The notes beneath the pieces are model-generated. The model did no database searches. It saw only the letters and a list, made by a program, of their open reading frames with translations, and was not told where the DNA came from. The position numbers and the translations under genes were made by a program. From Anaerolineales bacterium UBA3082 (GTDB taxonomy: Bacteria > Chloroflexota > Anaerolineae > UBA7937), in assembly GCA_002366595.1 (NCBI GenBank), contig DFBK01000086.1, positions 43,813 to 81,352 of the forward strand: DNA of 37,540 nucleotides, in the 5' to 3' direction. The stretch's first letter is position 1. The number at the start of each line of letters is the position of its first letter. Shown here piece by piece: positions 37,048 to 37,540 of the stretch.

Positions 37048-37089
37048 AAACAAAAACGGGCTGCTGAAGAAACCTCTTCGGCAGCCCGG
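37048..37089 (-). terminator. Intrinsic terminator overlapping the 3' strand of the riboswitch aptamer
   Basis: CGGGCTGCCGAAGA-GGTT-TCTTCAGCAGCCCG-TTTTTGTTT. Confidence 0.85.
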
Positions 37090-37156
37090 CTATCCCAAAA
37101 AGTCAGGACCCGTGACTTTGCGCCCTCACCTTTCGATGAGTTTGCCTTTTCGGAGT
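37074..37156 (-). ncRNA. c-di-GMP-I riboswitch upstream of the zinc-ribbon/Hsp20 gene
   Basis: GGCAAACTCATCGAAAGGTGAGGGCGCAAAGTCACGGGTCCTGAC..GATAGCCGGGCTGCCG. Confidence 0.93.
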
Positions 37157-37326
37157 TATCTCCCTCATTTAATGAGGACAAGCAGAATCCACTAGTTAAT
37201 ACATAATTCTACCCCAGTTGGACACATCTGAAGGTTAAGATCTCATTAACGTCCACTCTGCTACATCCTCCGGGCCGAGATGATTACGGAAAGCAATACA
37301 CTAAGGCCAACGGCCCCATCTGAGCC

Positions 37327-37420
37327 ATGACTTCTTGACGAGTTTGAGGTATAACATAATTGCTTGGGTTTCCCAACCTAAGCGGGGCACGGTGAGGGCT
37401 TGGCGGCCTGAGCGGTGCTC
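37327..37420 (+). repeat. Promoter + double-hairpin unit, copy 2
   Basis: ATGACT-N17-TATAAC, then TTGGGTTTCCCAA and GGGGCACGGTGAGGGCTTGGCGGCCTGAGCGGTGCTCC. Confidence 0.7.
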
Positions 37421-37540
37421 CTCTCTTTTAAGTGAGCCATCCGCTGTTGCGCATGCTCGAACGGTGCACAGATTATAGCCCATAACCTCTATCAAGTCAA
37501 TGGGTGACTGCGGAGAGAAAAGTCTCTACAAGTTCGGATT

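Noticed and set aside
36734-37495. Short minus-strand ORFs 36734-36940 and 37301-37495 sharing LxWETQ
   Set aside because: The similarity comes from the duplicated non-coding promoter/hairpin unit on the opposite strand.

Overview
This is a bacterial window, GC-rich and possibly Chloroflexota (a weak inference from gene style and the Hsp70 insert). It is dominated by a ~34 kb, almost entirely minus-strand, greatly expanded gas-vesicle (gvp) locus beside tRNA-Arg and tRNA-His. Core gvp genes: two tandem gvpA, a 33-aa-repeat gvpC-like gene, gvpN, three gvpF/L, gvpG, gvpK and several gvpA/J-like paralogs. They are interleaved with an apparently dedicated chaperone set: DnaK, a GvpF/L-J-domain fusion, eight stand-alone DnaJ-type CxxCxGxG zinc-finger proteins, four Hsp20-domain proteins, Cdc48 and a tandem Get3/ArsA ATPase. 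Small modules recur across the locus (GRAM/PH, a zinc ribbon, a winged helix, TPR-like). Regulation appears c-di-GMP centred: two intact and one decayed c-di-GMP-I riboswitch, plus a histidine kinase / dual REC / REC-HD-GYP module at the distal end. The 1.1 kb upstream of gvpA holds several promoter-terminator-bounded structured RNAs. One is a ~210 nt candidate sRNA with a 37 nt segment complementary to the gvpA coding sequence, matching one of the two gvpA copies better. All calls come from motif reading by eye; no database search was run.
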